Part shown: one piece after another, positions 39,571-49,740 of the stretch
Layout of the letters: each line of letters opens with the position of its first letter
Numbering within the stretch: the first letter of the stretch is position 1
Source of the DNA: Candidatus Cloacimonadales bacterium
GTDB lineage: Bacteria; Cloacimonadota; Cloacimonadia; Cloacimonadales; JAIOQZ01
Assembly (NCBI GenBank): GCA_963674825.1
Contig: OY771587.1
Location: forward strand, 3,808,001-3,872,000
DNA: 64,000 nt
Reading direction: 5' to 3'
Translations under genes and position numbers: made by a program
Notes under the pieces: model-generated
The model's database searches: none
What the model was told of the DNA's origin: nothing
The model's input: the letters and a program-made list of their open reading frames with translations, nothing else

Positions 39571-42002
39571 GTAACCCGATGATCGAGCTGTTCCAGACGG
39601 AACTCACCGGTTACCTGCAACAACTTGGCGATAGTCGGGACACTGAAGCCCTCCATCAACTTTCCGAATCGGTGCAAGGCGCAGCGATGCTCGTCGGCCT
39701 GGAAGCGCTTGTCGAGCTTTCAGGGGCGATGGTCAATGTGAACGATCCCGATGCAATTGAGAACTGGATATCGCTATTGCGTGAAATGACCGCTAACGAT
39801 CCCGAAACGATCATGGTCTCTGCCAACGATATGCTTGAGCATCTGACTTCGGATCAGAAGGTTCAGGGCTTTAAGCAAGAAATGCATCTGACTACGGATC
39901 AGAAGGTTCCGGAAAATGACTCCGAACCGGTAGAGGATCACGATATCCTCACGCTTTTCCGAATCGAGCTGGAGACGCACACAAAAGCGCTCAGCGACGG
40001 CATCCTGCAACTGGAGCACCAGCCTGATATGCCGTGTGAATCGCTCATGCGTGCCGCGCATTCGATCAAAGGTGCAGCTCGTATCGCCGGAAAAGACGAT
40101 CTGGTGCATCTTGCTCACGCTATCGAGGACTTTTTCACGCTGGTCATCGAAAAGAAACACGCGTTCAATCCGGACGAAACCGATATCCTTCTGCAAGCCA
40201 TCGACGCCTTCCAGAAACCGGATGAGATGGCCGCCTATACCGAGGCGATCCGCCAGATGGCGACCGTCAATGCTTCGCATGTACCAAGTCAAACACCTGC
40301 GAAGTCAACCGCGCAAGTCATGGAGAAAGAAGACACCGAAGTTCGCGTCACGACAGAGAAATTGAACCGGCTTCTCAACGCTGCCGGTCAGGCCGTCGTC
40401 GAAGCACGTCAGGGCGAAGGAATTGGCAACATGATCCTGACCTTGAAGAGTCACTTCACCCGGCTCGGTAGCATGATCGGCGAACTGGAACGCAAGCACC
40501 TTTTATCCAGCGAGCTACGCAAGCGCTGCCACGACTCTATGCACACGACCGGTCGCGATATCAACCGGCTTCTCGCCGCGTTCGATCAGCACTACAACGA
40601 GATCAGCGTTCATACCGAGACCATTTACGACGAACTGGTGGGCATTCGTATGCGTCCTTTTGAAGACGGACTCGCGGGTTTCCCACGCATGGTGCGGCAA
40701 GTCGCACGATCGCTGAACAAGAAAGTGCGGTTTTACATCGAAGGCCGGCGCACCGAGGTCGATCGCGACATCCTGCAACTTCTTGAAGCGCCTCTCACCC
40801 ACCTCGTGCGCAACGCAATCGATCACGGCCTGGAAACACCTGAGCAGCGAACCAAGTCCGGCAAGGATAAGGTAGGAATCATCACCGTTGCCGCGAGCCA
40901 TCAATCGGGAAAGCTCCGCATTGAAATCCGGGACGACGGGCGCGGAATCGATATCGAGAGTATCAAAGAGAAAGCGATCGCAAAAAGCTTGATATCTCAA
41001 GAGCTCATGGACGGACTTTCCGAGCGCGAAATCTACGACTTTATGTTCCTTCCTGGATTCTCCACGCGCGAGGAAGTTACCGAAACCTCCGGGCGTGGCG
41101 TGGGCATGGATGTGGTACAGACCATGATCCAGAAGGTCGGTGGCGATATTGCAGTCTCGTCTCAACCTGGAGCCGGAACTACTTTCACGATGCTGCTGCC
41201 GCTGACGCTCTCAATTGTGCGCGTTCTACTGGCAAAAATCAACGACACCATCTTCGCCTTCCCGCTGAGTCGAATTGTGCAGATCGCCCACCCGGATGAA
41301 GCCACAGGCGAATTTTCGATGAGAACCATTTCCGCAGCCGAAGTGCTGCTGCGAGAGGAGCCGTCCACCGATAATCCCGGACCAGCTATTGTGCTCCAAC
41401 TCACTGAAGAGCAGGTCGGACTCACAGTGGACGAGCTGATTATCGAGCGGGATGTCGTCGTGACACCGCTGGACAAACGTCTGGGGAAAGTGCAGAATAT
41501 CGATTCCACCACGACAACCCGGTTTGGCGAGGCTGCCTTTGTGGTTGACATGGACGACCTGGTGCAGACCATCACCGGGCTGAAGATTCGCGCTCATCGC
41601 AAGGCACAGCACGGTGAAAAGACCGAACAGAAGCGGATCCTGGTAGTAGAAGATTCGATCACTGTTCGTGAGATGGAAAAACGCGTCCTGGAAAAAGCTG
41701 GTTTTATCGTCGAGACCGCAGTTGACGGCATGGATGGCTGGAACACGCTTCGTTCGGGCACGTTCGACCTGGTCGTGTCCGACATCGACATGCCCAGGAT
41801 GAATGGTTTCGAGCTGGTGGAGCTTATCCGCCGAGATCCGATCCGAAGCTGGCTGCCGGTGGTAATCCTTTCCTACAAAGACCGCGACGAGGACCGCCAG
41901 CATGCGCTGCAATCAGGAGCTGACCGTTTTCTGAACAAAGGCGCATTCGAAGACGACGCGTTCATCGAAATGATCAAAAAACTTTTATATGGAGTGAAAT
42001 AA
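39567..42002 (+). CDS. cheA: Hybrid CheA-REC kinase (WspE-like)
   Basis: HPt AHSIKG, HLVRNAIDHG, DDGRG, SGRGVGMD and C-terminal REC (SDIDMP). Confidence 0.93.
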   Translation: MSNPMIELFQTELTGYLQQLGDSRDTEALHQLSESVQGAAMLVGLEALVELSGAMVNVNDPDAIENWISLLREMTANDPETIMVSANDMLEHLTSDQKVQGFKQEMHLTTDQKVPENDSEPVEDHDILTLFRIELETHTKALSDGILQLEHQPDMPCESLMRAAHSIKGAARIAGKDDLVHLAHAIEDFFTLVIEKKHAFNPDETDILLQAIDAFQKPDEMAAYTEAIRQMATVNASHVPSQTPAKSTAQVMEKEDTEVRVTTEKLNRLLNAAGQAVVEARQGEGIGNMILTLKSHFTRLGSMIGELERKHLLSSELRKRCHDSMHTTGRDINRLLAAFDQHYNEISVHTETIYDELVGIRMRPFEDGLAGFPRMVRQVARSLNKKVRFYIEGRRTEVDRDILQLLEAPLTHLVRNAIDHGLETPEQRTKSGKDKVGIITVAASHQSGKLRIEIRDDGRGIDIESIKEKAIAKSLISQELMDGLSEREIYDFMFLPGFSTREEVTETSGRGVGMDVVQTMIQKVGGDIAVSSQPGAGTTFTMLLPLTLSIVRVLLAKINDTIFAFPLSRIVQIAHPDEATGEFSMRTISAAEVLLREEPSTDNPGPAIVLQLTEEQVGLTVDELIIERDVVVTPLDKRLGKVQNIDSTTTTRFGEAAFVVDMDDLVQTITGLKIRAHRKAQHGEKTEQKRILVVEDSITVREMEKRVLEKAGFIVETAVDGMDGWNTLRSGTFDLVVSDIDMPRMNGFELVELIRRDPIRSWLPVVILSYKDRDEDRQHALQSGADRFLNKGAFEDDAFIEMIKKLLYGVK

Positions 42003-43159
42003 TGGACGATACCCTGCTGAAAAAGCACGAAATCCGCGTACTGCTGGTTGACGACCAACAGATTGTCGGTGAGACCGTTCGACGTATGCTGGAAGACCAG
42101 AGAGACATGGAGTTCCTCTTCTGTAGCGACCCGACCCAGACCATCAAACAGGCGACAGCATTCAAGCCCAACATTATCCTGCAAGACCTCGTCATGCCCA
42201 AGATCGACGGTCTCACGCTGGTCAAATTCCTGCGTGCCAATCCAGAAACAGCCAAAGTTCCACTGATCGTCCTTTCCTCCAAGGAAGAGCCCGTTATCAA
42301 AGCGAAGGCGTTCGAACTGGGTGCGAACGACTATATGGTCAAGCTACCGGACAAGCTCGAGATCCTCGCCCGTATCCGCTATCACGCAATGGGCTACATC
42401 CATCTGTTGGAGCGTGACGAAGCCTATAATGCGCTTCTGGAGAGCAGGCAAGCCCTGGCATCTGAACTGAACGAAGCTGCGGAGTACGTAATCTCGCTAC
42501 TCCCACCCGAGATCAATACACCCATCGATACCCGCTGGATCTTCATCCCCTCCAGTTCGCTGGGAGGCGACACGTTCGGCTATCACCCGCTTGACAACGA
42601 CCATTACGCGATCTACCTGCTCGACGTCTGCGGACACGGCGTGGGCGCTGCGCTGCTATCGGTGTCGGTGATGAACGTACTGCGATCCTGCTCGCTTCCG
42701 GGCACCGATTTCCTCGATCCGGGCAGCGTGCTGAGCGCGCTCAACGAGGCCTTCCCCATGGAGAAGCAGGGCGACAAGTTTTTCACCATCTGGTATGGTG
42801 TTTACCACTTTCCCACCGGTACGCTCAAGTACTCCAGCGGTGGACATCCGGCCGCAATCCTGATCAACAACGATAAACTCGACCTGCTCACCACCAAAGG
42901 CATGGTCATCGGCGGAATGCCGGGCATCCCATTTGCCACCGGCACCATACACGCACCCAAGGAAAGCACCCTGTATGTATTCAGCGACGGCGTATACGAG
43001 ATCGTCGATTGCGCCACCAACGAGATGGTCGAATACGACGATTTCGTGAGAATCGTGCATGATAAGCGCAACCTCGTAGCCATCCAGGAGAAAATGATCG
43101 AGCTCAACGGCTCCCATGACTTCGACGACGACTTCTCGCTGGTCCGGGTGAGGCTCTAA
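42002..43159 (+). CDS. Response regulator with PP2C/SpoIIE phosphatase output (WspR-like REC)
   Basis: VLLVDDQ and ILQDLVMP REC; GGD, DVCGHG, SDG and DD PP2C motifs. Confidence 0.9.
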   Translation: MDDTLLKKHEIRVLLVDDQQIVGETVRRMLEDQRDMEFLFCSDPTQTIKQATAFKPNIILQDLVMPKIDGLTLVKFLRANPETAKVPLIVLSSKEEPVIKAKAFELGANDYMVKLPDKLEILARIRYHAMGYIHLLERDEAYNALLESRQALASELNEAAEYVISLLPPEINTPIDTRWIFIPSSSLGGDTFGYHPLDNDHYAIYLLDVCGHGVGAALLSVSVMNVLRSCSLPGTDFLDPGSVLSALNEAFPMEKQGDKFFTIWYGVYHFPTGTLKYSSGGHPAAILINNDKLDLLTTKGMVIGGMPGIPFATGTIHAPKESTLYVFSDGVYEIVDCATNEMVEYDDFVRIVHDKRNLVAIQEKMIELNGSHDFDDDFSLVRVRL

Positions 43160-43260
43160 AATACTCTTCGAAGTTTATATTGTGCTATTTTTCTATCCTT
43201 CTTGACAATGAATTCATCATTTGTCATGTTGCTTCATTCCGTAATTTAAAGGAGTATAGC

Positions 43261-43926
43261 ATGAAACCCATCGTCATAACTACTGTCGTAATTGCAGTTC
43301 TACTTCTCATCTTCGGCTGCGCTCCACAGAAGACGCAGGAACAGATCAGACTGGAAGCTGAAGCGGATACGATGCTCGAATCCGGAGAACAGCTCTATCT
43401 GGCGCACAACCTCTGGTATGAAAAAGAAGACAAGATCGAAGCCATTAATTTCAAGAACTTGCCGATGCGGATCCCTGTCGGTACAGCGGTCGATGGTGTT
43501 CTCATTACTTTTGATCAGGGTTACAAGGCATATTGTATCAAATTTAAAGTCGCTGGGCAACGCCGCGTCTTCGAGCTCATGATGAATGGGCGATATCAGA
43601 GTAACGAGCAGTCGCGTCTGAGCATAAAAGAACTATATGGCAGGACGTTTACCAACATGACTCTCGATGAACTGACACAAGGCTTGAAACCCGAAGAGAT
43701 AGACAACATCAAGCGAGGCACGATCCAGCAGGGGATGTCGAAGAAGGCTGTCCTGATGTCCTGGGGATACCCTCCGCTTCATGGTACTCTGAACATTGAT
43801 GAAGATCAGTGGGCATATTGGAAAAAACGCTCCCAGCGCGAGTTCGTGGACTTCGATGAATATGGCAAAGTATTCTACTCAACATGGTACGGTAAGGGCG
43901 GCAATTTCGTCGATGTGATCGAGTAA
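43261..43926 (+). CDS. Lipoprotein paralog 1 (SmpA/OmlA-like C-terminal motif)
   Basis: IFGC lipobox; GMSKKAVLMSWGYPP. Confidence 0.8.
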   Translation: MKPIVITTVVIAVLLLIFGCAPQKTQEQIRLEAEADTMLESGEQLYLAHNLWYEKEDKIEAINFKNLPMRIPVGTAVDGVLITFDQGYKAYCIKFKVAGQRRVFELMMNGRYQSNEQSRLSIKELYGRTFTNMTLDELTQGLKPEEIDNIKRGTIQQGMSKKAVLMSWGYPPLHGTLNIDEDQWAYWKKRSQREFVDFDEYGKVFYSTWYGKGGNFVDVIE

Positions 43927-43958
43927 TAACCAAACTGACAGCATACTGGAGATTTTAA

Positions 43959-44624
43959 GTGCACCCTAAGTCGCGATGGTTTAATCGTTTATCGATCGCT
44001 CTTGCTCTTCTCCCCTTGGCTCTGAGCCTTACTAGCTGCGTCCAGTACCGATTGGTTCAACTTTCTACGCAATACCTTGCCTATAATATTTGGTTCCTGG
44101 ATCCTGATATCATTCAAGGTGGAGGCCTGAAGCACCAACCCTACGTTCTGCCCATCGGCACACCGGTAAATAACATCAAAGTTCATGAGCTAGATGAAGG
44201 ACCGTATACGGAGAGCAGTGAGCGGATTCAGTTCAGCCTGGCATACAATCCAGAAAAAGTATTCACGATGTGGCTGGAGCCGAAGTATTACCGCAACATC
44301 GATGGCACCGAAAGTCTGGAATCCGTCATCGAGAGAACATTCACAGACGAGCCTCTTGAAGCCCAACTCAAAGGTTTCACTGATGAAGAACGGGAGTTTA
44401 TCAGGAAAGGTTTGGTCACACCGGGAATGAGCAAGAAAGCGATTCTCAAATCATGGGGCTACCCACCTAAAAAAGCAACCCGTGAACTTGATGATCCAAG
44501 GTGGTATTACTGGCTTACAAGACTCAAAACAGCTCAACTGGATTTCGACAAGAATGACATCCTGACCATCACCACCGATTACGGTAAGGAAATTGGGAAA
44601 TCGTCAACTGTTATCGATTGGTAA
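43959..44624 (+). CDS. Lipoprotein paralog 2
   Basis: LTSC lipobox; YLAYNIW, LPIGT and GMSKKAILKSWGYPP. Confidence 0.8.
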   Translation: MHPKSRWFNRLSIALALLPLALSLTSCVQYRLVQLSTQYLAYNIWFLDPDIIQGGGLKHQPYVLPIGTPVNNIKVHELDEGPYTESSERIQFSLAYNPEKVFTMWLEPKYYRNIDGTESLESVIERTFTDEPLEAQLKGFTDEEREFIRKGLVTPGMSKKAILKSWGYPPKKATRELDDPRWYYWLTRLKTAQLDFDKNDILTITTDYGKEIGKSSTVIDW

Positions 44625-44657
44625 CACATGACATAGGATTTTTACGGAGATACAATA

Positions 44658-45287
44658 ATGAAAACATTAATCGCCGCAGTATGTTTCCTCATCTTGAGTA
44701 GCATTCTGTTTCTTGGCTGCGCAGGCCCCAAAGTGGAAGAACCCAAAGAGACATTCTACCTCGCTTATAATCTCTGGTTCCAGTACCCCAACAAAATCGA
44801 GGCAATCAACTTCAAAGGTTTGAGCAACATGCTGCCAATCGGCACACCCATTCAGGATATTCACACACAATACAATAAGGACATTGGAGAATATATGATA
44901 TACTTCAATGCCATTGAGCAGGACCATAAATACAGGTTGTTCTTCAATAAAAAATATCAGACCACCCCGGAGAGAGTCCTCACCAATATAGAGCTTATCG
45001 AAAGAACATTCACGACGAAGACCCTGGAAGAGTTGACAGAAGGATTGAAGCCTGAGGAAATCGAGAACATTCGCAACGGAACCATTCAGAGAGGGATGTC
45101 CAGAAGAGCCGTTCTTCTATCATGGGGCTATCCACCGATTCACAAGAATCCCGACATCAATGCCGCACGGCTCATCTACTGGAAGATGCGATTGCAGAAG
45201 CTGTATGTAGACTTCGATGAGAATGATCGCGTAAGGATGGCAACCTGGTATGGCCTCGGCGGAAACGAACACGACGTCATTCAATAA
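44658..45287 (+). CDS. Lipoprotein paralog 3
   Basis: FLGC lipobox; IEAINFK and GMSRRAVLLSWGYPP. Confidence 0.8.
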   Translation: MKTLIAAVCFLILSSILFLGCAGPKVEEPKETFYLAYNLWFQYPNKIEAINFKGLSNMLPIGTPIQDIHTQYNKDIGEYMIYFNAIEQDHKYRLFFNKKYQTTPERVLTNIELIERTFTTKTLEELTEGLKPEEIENIRNGTIQRGMSRRAVLLSWGYPPIHKNPDINAARLIYWKMRLQKLYVDFDENDRVRMATWYGLGGNEHDVIQ

Positions 45288-45320
45288 ATAATTTTTGCCA
45301 ACATATCAACGGAGAACCTC

Positions 45321-45986
45321 ATGAAATACGGTCTCATCCTGATCATTATCGTGGGTAGCCTGATAGGCTGTGCACATCAGAAATCACAAGAGCAGATTCA
45401 CCTGGAAGCGGAAGTCGACAAACTCCTAACCTCCGGTCAATCCATCTATATAGCTCATACCCTGTGGTTCGAAAATCCCGATCGAGTCGAGGCGATCAAT
45501 TTCAAGGGCCTGCCAATGAAACTGGACGCCGGCACAGAAATTGACCATATTGACCTGTTCCTGACCAATCCTCAGGAGAACATTTTTTATTCGCACATCG
45601 ATATCACGCTGCTCAGTCGGCCTGAACCGATCCAGCTTATCATCAACCAACGGTATCAGAGAAACGGAAGCAAGAAGCTCGATATCCTGGCGCTGCTTAC
45701 TCGAACGTTCACGACACAATCATTCGACGAACTCACGAAAGGCCTGAAACCTGAAGAGATCAAGAACATCAAACGAGGCACGATCCAGCAGGGGATGTCG
45801 AAGAAGGCTGTCCTGATGTCCTGGGGATACCCTCCGCTTCATGGTACTCTGAACATTGATGAAGATCAGTGGGCATATTGGAAAAAACGCTCCCAGCGCG
45901 AGTTCGTGGACTTCGATGAATATGGCAAAGTATTCTACTCAACATGGTATGGTAAGGGCGGGAATTTCGTCGATATAATCGAGTAA
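45321..45986 (+). CDS. Lipoprotein paralog 4
   Basis: LIGC lipobox; 45774-45949 is identical to 43714-43889. Confidence 0.8.
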   Translation: MKYGLILIIIVGSLIGCAHQKSQEQIHLEAEVDKLLTSGQSIYIAHTLWFENPDRVEAINFKGLPMKLDAGTEIDHIDLFLTNPQENIFYSHIDITLLSRPEPIQLIINQRYQRNGSKKLDILALLTRTFTTQSFDELTKGLKPEEIKNIKRGTIQQGMSKKAVLMSWGYPPLHGTLNIDEDQWAYWKKRSQREFVDFDEYGKVFYSTWYGKGGNFVDIIE

Positions 45987-46118
45987 CCATTCCCGCATTC
46001 AAGACTTTGCACGGGCAATCCATTGTTATTGCCCTTTTCGTTATACATGCACCATGGCATCATCTACCGATTCTGACGAACAGAGCGAGACGATGATATC
46101 GAGGATTTTCGTGCCGTG

Positions 46119-46326
46119 CTTCGATACACTCCCACGTCGTATCGGGGGGATCCGAGTTTGTGCTTCGCAAAACTCACAACTCAGCATGACACGGTTATTC
46201 GTGCTGTTCCCTCTTTGTCATCCCGAGTAGCGCATATTCCAGTTTTGTTCTAATGCGTACGCAGGAAGAGAAAAGAAGATGCAGGCAAAGGTGCCTGCGT
46301 ACCATGGAGACGTCTGCGTTCCCAGG
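46119..46326. repeat. Cluster of degenerate palindromic (REP/MITE-like) elements
   Basis: CTTCGATACAC...ACTCAGCATGACA/TGTCATCCCGAGT stem plus a GCAGGC-AAAGGT-GCCTGC hairpin; related to 61917-62030. Confidence 0.5.
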
Positions 46327-46334
46327 CTTAGCAC

Positions 46335-46368
46335 AAAAAAAAACGCCAACAGCATTGCTGTCGGCGTT
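46335..46368 (-). terminator. Terminator downstream of secG-tRNA-Leu
   Basis: AACGCCGACAGC/GCTGTTGGCGTT stem followed by a T tract on the minus strand. Confidence 0.8.
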
Positions 46369-46376
46369 AGTATAGT

Positions 46377-46464
46377 TGGTGCAGAAGGCGGGACTCGAAC
46401 CCGCACACCCGTTACAGGCACAAGATCCTTAGTCTTGCGTGTCTGCCAATTCCACCACTTCTGC
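46377..46464 (-). tRNA. tRNA-Leu, anticodon AAG
   Basis: GCAGAAG/CTTCTGC acceptor stem + ACCA; anticodon arm CAAGA-CTAAGGA-TCTTG; long variable arm; GGTTCGAGTCC T arm. Confidence 0.95.
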
Positions 46465-46487
46465 GCTTATATTTTTGCTATAAAGAT

Positions 46488-46877
46488 CTATTCTGTTTTC
46501 GCTTCTTCAGCTTTCGGTTTCACGTCAACTTGCATCGGCTCGGTAACGGGAACTTCAACTGTACCAGCATCACCAGCGGGAGCAACCTGTTCTTCAGTCT
46601 GGATAAGATCCAGCGCTGGAGTATCGACACTTGACTTGGCTACTTTGCCTTGGCTGTTAACCAGAACGGCCATCAGGATCGAAGTCAGCATGAATGCTCC
46701 GGCAAAAATACGGGTCAGCTTCTTCATGAAAGAAGTAGCTCCCTGGCTACCAAACATATTCATTGCGGTTCCGCCGACGATACCATCAATAGCGCCACCC
46801 TTACTCGACTGGCTGAGAATGATCAGAATCAACGCGAAACTGACCAATACGTGAAAACCTAACAGAACATAGTACAT
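46488..46877 (-). CDS. secG: Preprotein translocase subunit SecG
   Basis: TM-IL.Q..KGG-Gly loop-KLT-TM pattern; followed by tRNA-Leu. Confidence 0.92.
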   Translation of the reverse strand: MYYVLLGFHVLVSFALILIILSQSSKGGAIDGIVGGTAMNMFGSQGATSFMKKLTRIFAGAFMLTSILMAVLVNSQGKVAKSSVDTPALDLIQTEEQVAPAGDAGTVEVPVTEPMQVDVKPKAEEAKTE

Positions 46878-47071
46878 CTTTCAAACTCCATTGTTCGCTA
46901 CTGCGTCATGAACGAAAGCCACATTCATCAACCGGGTTTTGACTGTCAATGTAAATTTTCAAAAAAAACAATTTCCTTTTGCAGAACAATCCGCCCCTTG
47001 TTTCTCCTGCTACTCTGTAGATCCACGGTCGTGATCGCTATGTTACGCTATTGCAAAATATCCAGATATTC

Positions 47072-47120
47072 CTTGACATGATATAGCGCATTCTCACTAT
47101 ACCTCTGTAATGATATAGCA
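47072..47120 (+). promoter_or_regulatory. Sigma70 promoter with repeated TGATATAGC boxes (possible PadR operator)
   Basis: TTGACA followed by TGATATAGC, which recurs just before the RBS. Confidence 0.4.
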
Positions 47121-47133
47121 GGAAGGAGTTGTT

Positions 47134-47532
47134 ATGGCACTCAAAAAGAACGTCCAAAAGACAATGACGGTCTGGCAGAGAGAATATAAAAGAGGACTCA
47201 CTGCTTACATTATCCTGTTGCTACTCAAAGACGACAGCCTATATGGATATCAACTTACCGCTCACATGACCGAGTTAATGGATAATCGGATCGTATTCAA
47301 AGAAAACGCGATATACAATATTTTGAAGCAACTATATAAGAAGGAATTCGTCTCATATGAATGGAAGAAATCAACGAAAGGCCCCAAACGCAAGTATTAT
47401 CGGATTACTGAGGCGGGAAACGAGCTTATTGAAGCGTTTACCACTGACTACGTAACACCGATGTTGAAAGGCCTTGGCTCTCTGATCGAATTAAAGATTG
47501 GCGTAATTGGAGGAAACAAAAATGATACCTGA
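47134..47532 (+). CDS. PadR-family regulator
   Basis: LYGYQL, IY.IL..L and GPKRKYY.ITE.G. Confidence 0.92.
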   Translation: MALKKNVQKTMTVWQREYKRGLTAYIILLLLKDDSLYGYQLTAHMTELMDNRIVFKENAIYNILKQLYKKEFVSYEWKKSTKGPKRKYYRITEAGNELIEAFTTDYVTPMLKGLGSLIELKIGVIGGNKNDT

Positions 47533-48643
47533 TATAAATATTGGCAATCTGCACGCAGATAAAGCCATTATCCAGGGAGGCATGGGCGTAGGTATATCGC
47601 TTTCCGGCCTGGCCTCAGCAGTTGCAGAAGAAGGAGGGATCGGCGTGATCTCTTCGGTAGGGCTTGGTTTGCTCCACCCTGACATGGGCAAGACATTCCA
47701 TGAAGCGAATCTAAATTCACTGCGCAATGAAATCCGTACGGCTCGCAAAAATACAAATGGTGTGCTGGGCGTGAACGTGATGGTTGCAGTTACAGACTAT
47801 GAACAGCTTGTAAAAGTCGCGCTGGATGAGAAGATCGACATCATTTTCCTCGGAGCAGGATTGCCGTTAAAATCTCCCGGAGCTCTCACACCAAGAGAAT
47901 TAGGTCACATTGAAACCAAGCTAGCAGTCATTGTATCTTCAGCAAGAGCTGCGAAAGTAGTGCTCTCCACCTGGGACAAACGATTTTCTCGACTCCCAGA
48001 TGCATTCGTGGTAGAAGGCCCCAAAGCAGGCGGCCATCTGGGATTCAAACTCGATCAGATAAATGACCCTGAATTTGCTTTGGAGAACATCCTTCCGGGG
48101 ATCTTGACAGTCATTCACGAATATGAAGCAAAATACAAGAAGTCGATACCGGTTATCGCAGCCGGAGGAATCTTCAACGGTAGTGATGTTTATAACATCA
48201 TGCAACAGGGTGTTCAGGGGGTCCAGATGGGTACGCGATTTGTTGCGACTGACGAATGCGACGCCTCGCAAAACTTCAAGGATCAGTTCTTGAAATGCAA
48301 ATCGGATGATATCGTTATCATCGAGAGCCCTGTAGGGCTACCCGGTCGCGCTATTAGTAACAATTTCCTAAGAGATGTGAGCAGTGGTTTGCGGAAACCA
48401 TTTTCATGCCCTTGGCACTGCCTGAAAACTTGCGACTTCACGAATGCACCCTACTGTATTGCGCAAGCGCTTAAGAACGCCAGAAATGGGTTGTTTGACA
48501 ATGGATTCGCCTTTTCAGGTGCAAAGGCCTTCCTGTTGGAACGAATGGTATCGGTCAAAGAGGTTTTTCAGAATCTAGCCAACGAATATAGTAACGCCGT
48601 TTCAACGTCGATTCTCAATCCGCAATCTGTTGCGATAAGATAA
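47522..48643 (+). CDS. Nitronate monooxygenase/FabK-like flavoprotein
   Basis: IIQGGMGVG, EGPKAGGH, AAGGI and VQMGTRF. Confidence 0.88.
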   Translation: MIPDINIGNLHADKAIIQGGMGVGISLSGLASAVAEEGGIGVISSVGLGLLHPDMGKTFHEANLNSLRNEIRTARKNTNGVLGVNVMVAVTDYEQLVKVALDEKIDIIFLGAGLPLKSPGALTPRELGHIETKLAVIVSSARAAKVVLSTWDKRFSRLPDAFVVEGPKAGGHLGFKLDQINDPEFALENILPGILTVIHEYEAKYKKSIPVIAAGGIFNGSDVYNIMQQGVQGVQMGTRFVATDECDASQNFKDQFLKCKSDDIVIIESPVGLPGRAISNNFLRDVSSGLRKPFSCPWHCLKTCDFTNAPYCIAQALKNARNGLFDNGFAFSGAKAFLLERMVSVKEVFQNLANEYSNAVSTSILNPQSVAIR

Positions 48644-48657
48644 GCTTCGCTTCGGCC

Positions 48658-49740
48658 TTATCCTTGGATAAGGCCGACAGCTTTTTCTAGAGCTTCAAAA
48701 GGTAATCCATAGGTTATTCGCACCCATCCGTAGCCCATTTCACCAAACGCGCTACCCGGCACCGTGACCACTCCGCGAGCCATCAAATCACGCACGAAAT
48801 CCACGTCCGATCCACCAACATGCGCGAATAAATACGGCGCTGCATGGTTCGGCAGAATCGTCATCTCTTTCAAGCGTTCCATTACAAGCACGCGATTTCT
48901 GTTCAGCGCTTCCCGCAACTCGCGATTGACCTGCCATCCTGCATCGGAGAAAACTTCGATTGCTACATCTTGTGATATTTTCGGTGCACAGGTTGCGGCA
49001 TACTGATGTATCCGTGTCGCAGCCCGGACGACATCCAGTTCCGCATGCAGCCAGCCGAGTCTCCAACCGGTCATAGCATGAGACTTAGATAATGCAGATA
49101 CAACAATACATCGCGGGTCAGCTCCGGCAAAGCTCGCCTGACGCGCTTCCACGTATAGTTCGCGATAGACCTCATCCACAACCAGCCATACATCGTTCTC
49201 ACGGCAGAAGTCGAGAATAACGGCTCGTTCATCGTCAGATATCGCTGTTCCCAGCGGATTGGATGGATTACATAAAATCATCGCGCGTGCGTCCCGGTGA
49301 TTGTTCAGCGCGGCGACATCGAGTCTGAAATCATTCTTGGGATCGAAAATGCAAGATGCCGGTTTTCCACCGTAGTACCGCACAAGGTTGGGATACGCCA
49401 CATAGCCGGGATCAGGAACCAGCACCTTGTCGCCGGGTTCGATGATCGCACCGAGCGCGACAAAGATGGCTTCCTCCGCCCCACATGTCACACATATATT
49501 CTCCGATTCACTTCCGTAATATTCTGCGATCTTGGCGCGTAATGGCGGATATCCCGCGTTGGGCGTGTAGGTTATATCGGCACGCTGCACGGCCTTCACT
49601 CCAGCATCGAGGATAAAGGGATGCAACGATAACTTGAGTTCGCCCAGCCCGAGATTTATTGCATCCTTGGGCGCTTGGTCGAATAGCTCACGAATAGCGG
49701 ACGGCTTGAGTGCGCTGCTTCTGGAGGAGAGTCGCGTCAT
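48658..49740 (-). CDS. Class I/II PLP aminotransferase (possibly diaminopimelate pathway)
   Basis: NPSNPLG, DEVY and [14 protein letters not shown]; translationally coupled to dapD. Confidence 0.85.
   Translation of the reverse strand: MTRLSSRSSALKPSAIRELFDQAPKDAINLGLGELKLSLHPFILDAGVKAVQRADITYTPNAGYPPLRAKIAEYYGSESENICVTCGAEEAIFVALGAIIEPGDKVLVPDPGYVAYPNLVRYYGGKPASCIFDPKNDFRLDVAALNNHRDARAMILCNPSNPLGTAISDDERAVILDFCRENDVWLVVDEVYRELYVEARQASFAGADPRCIVVSALSKSHAMTGWRLGWLHAELDVVRAATRIHQYAATCAPKISQDVAIEVFSDAGWQVNRELREALNRNRVLVMERLKEMTILPNHAAPYLFAHVGGSDVDFVRDLMARGVVTVPGSAFGEMGYGWVRITYGLPFEALEKAVGLIQG

Noticed and set aside
43714..45986. Diversity-generating retroelement TR/VR pair
   Set aside because: Both copies lie in intact genes, the few mismatches are not adenine-specific, and no reverse transcriptase is present.
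43261..46464. Integrative island at tRNA-Leu
   Set aside because: No integrase is present and I found no duplicated tRNA 3' end (att) in the window.
46279..46854. 191-aa + strand ORF
   Set aside because: It is antisense to tRNA-Leu and secG and is spurious.
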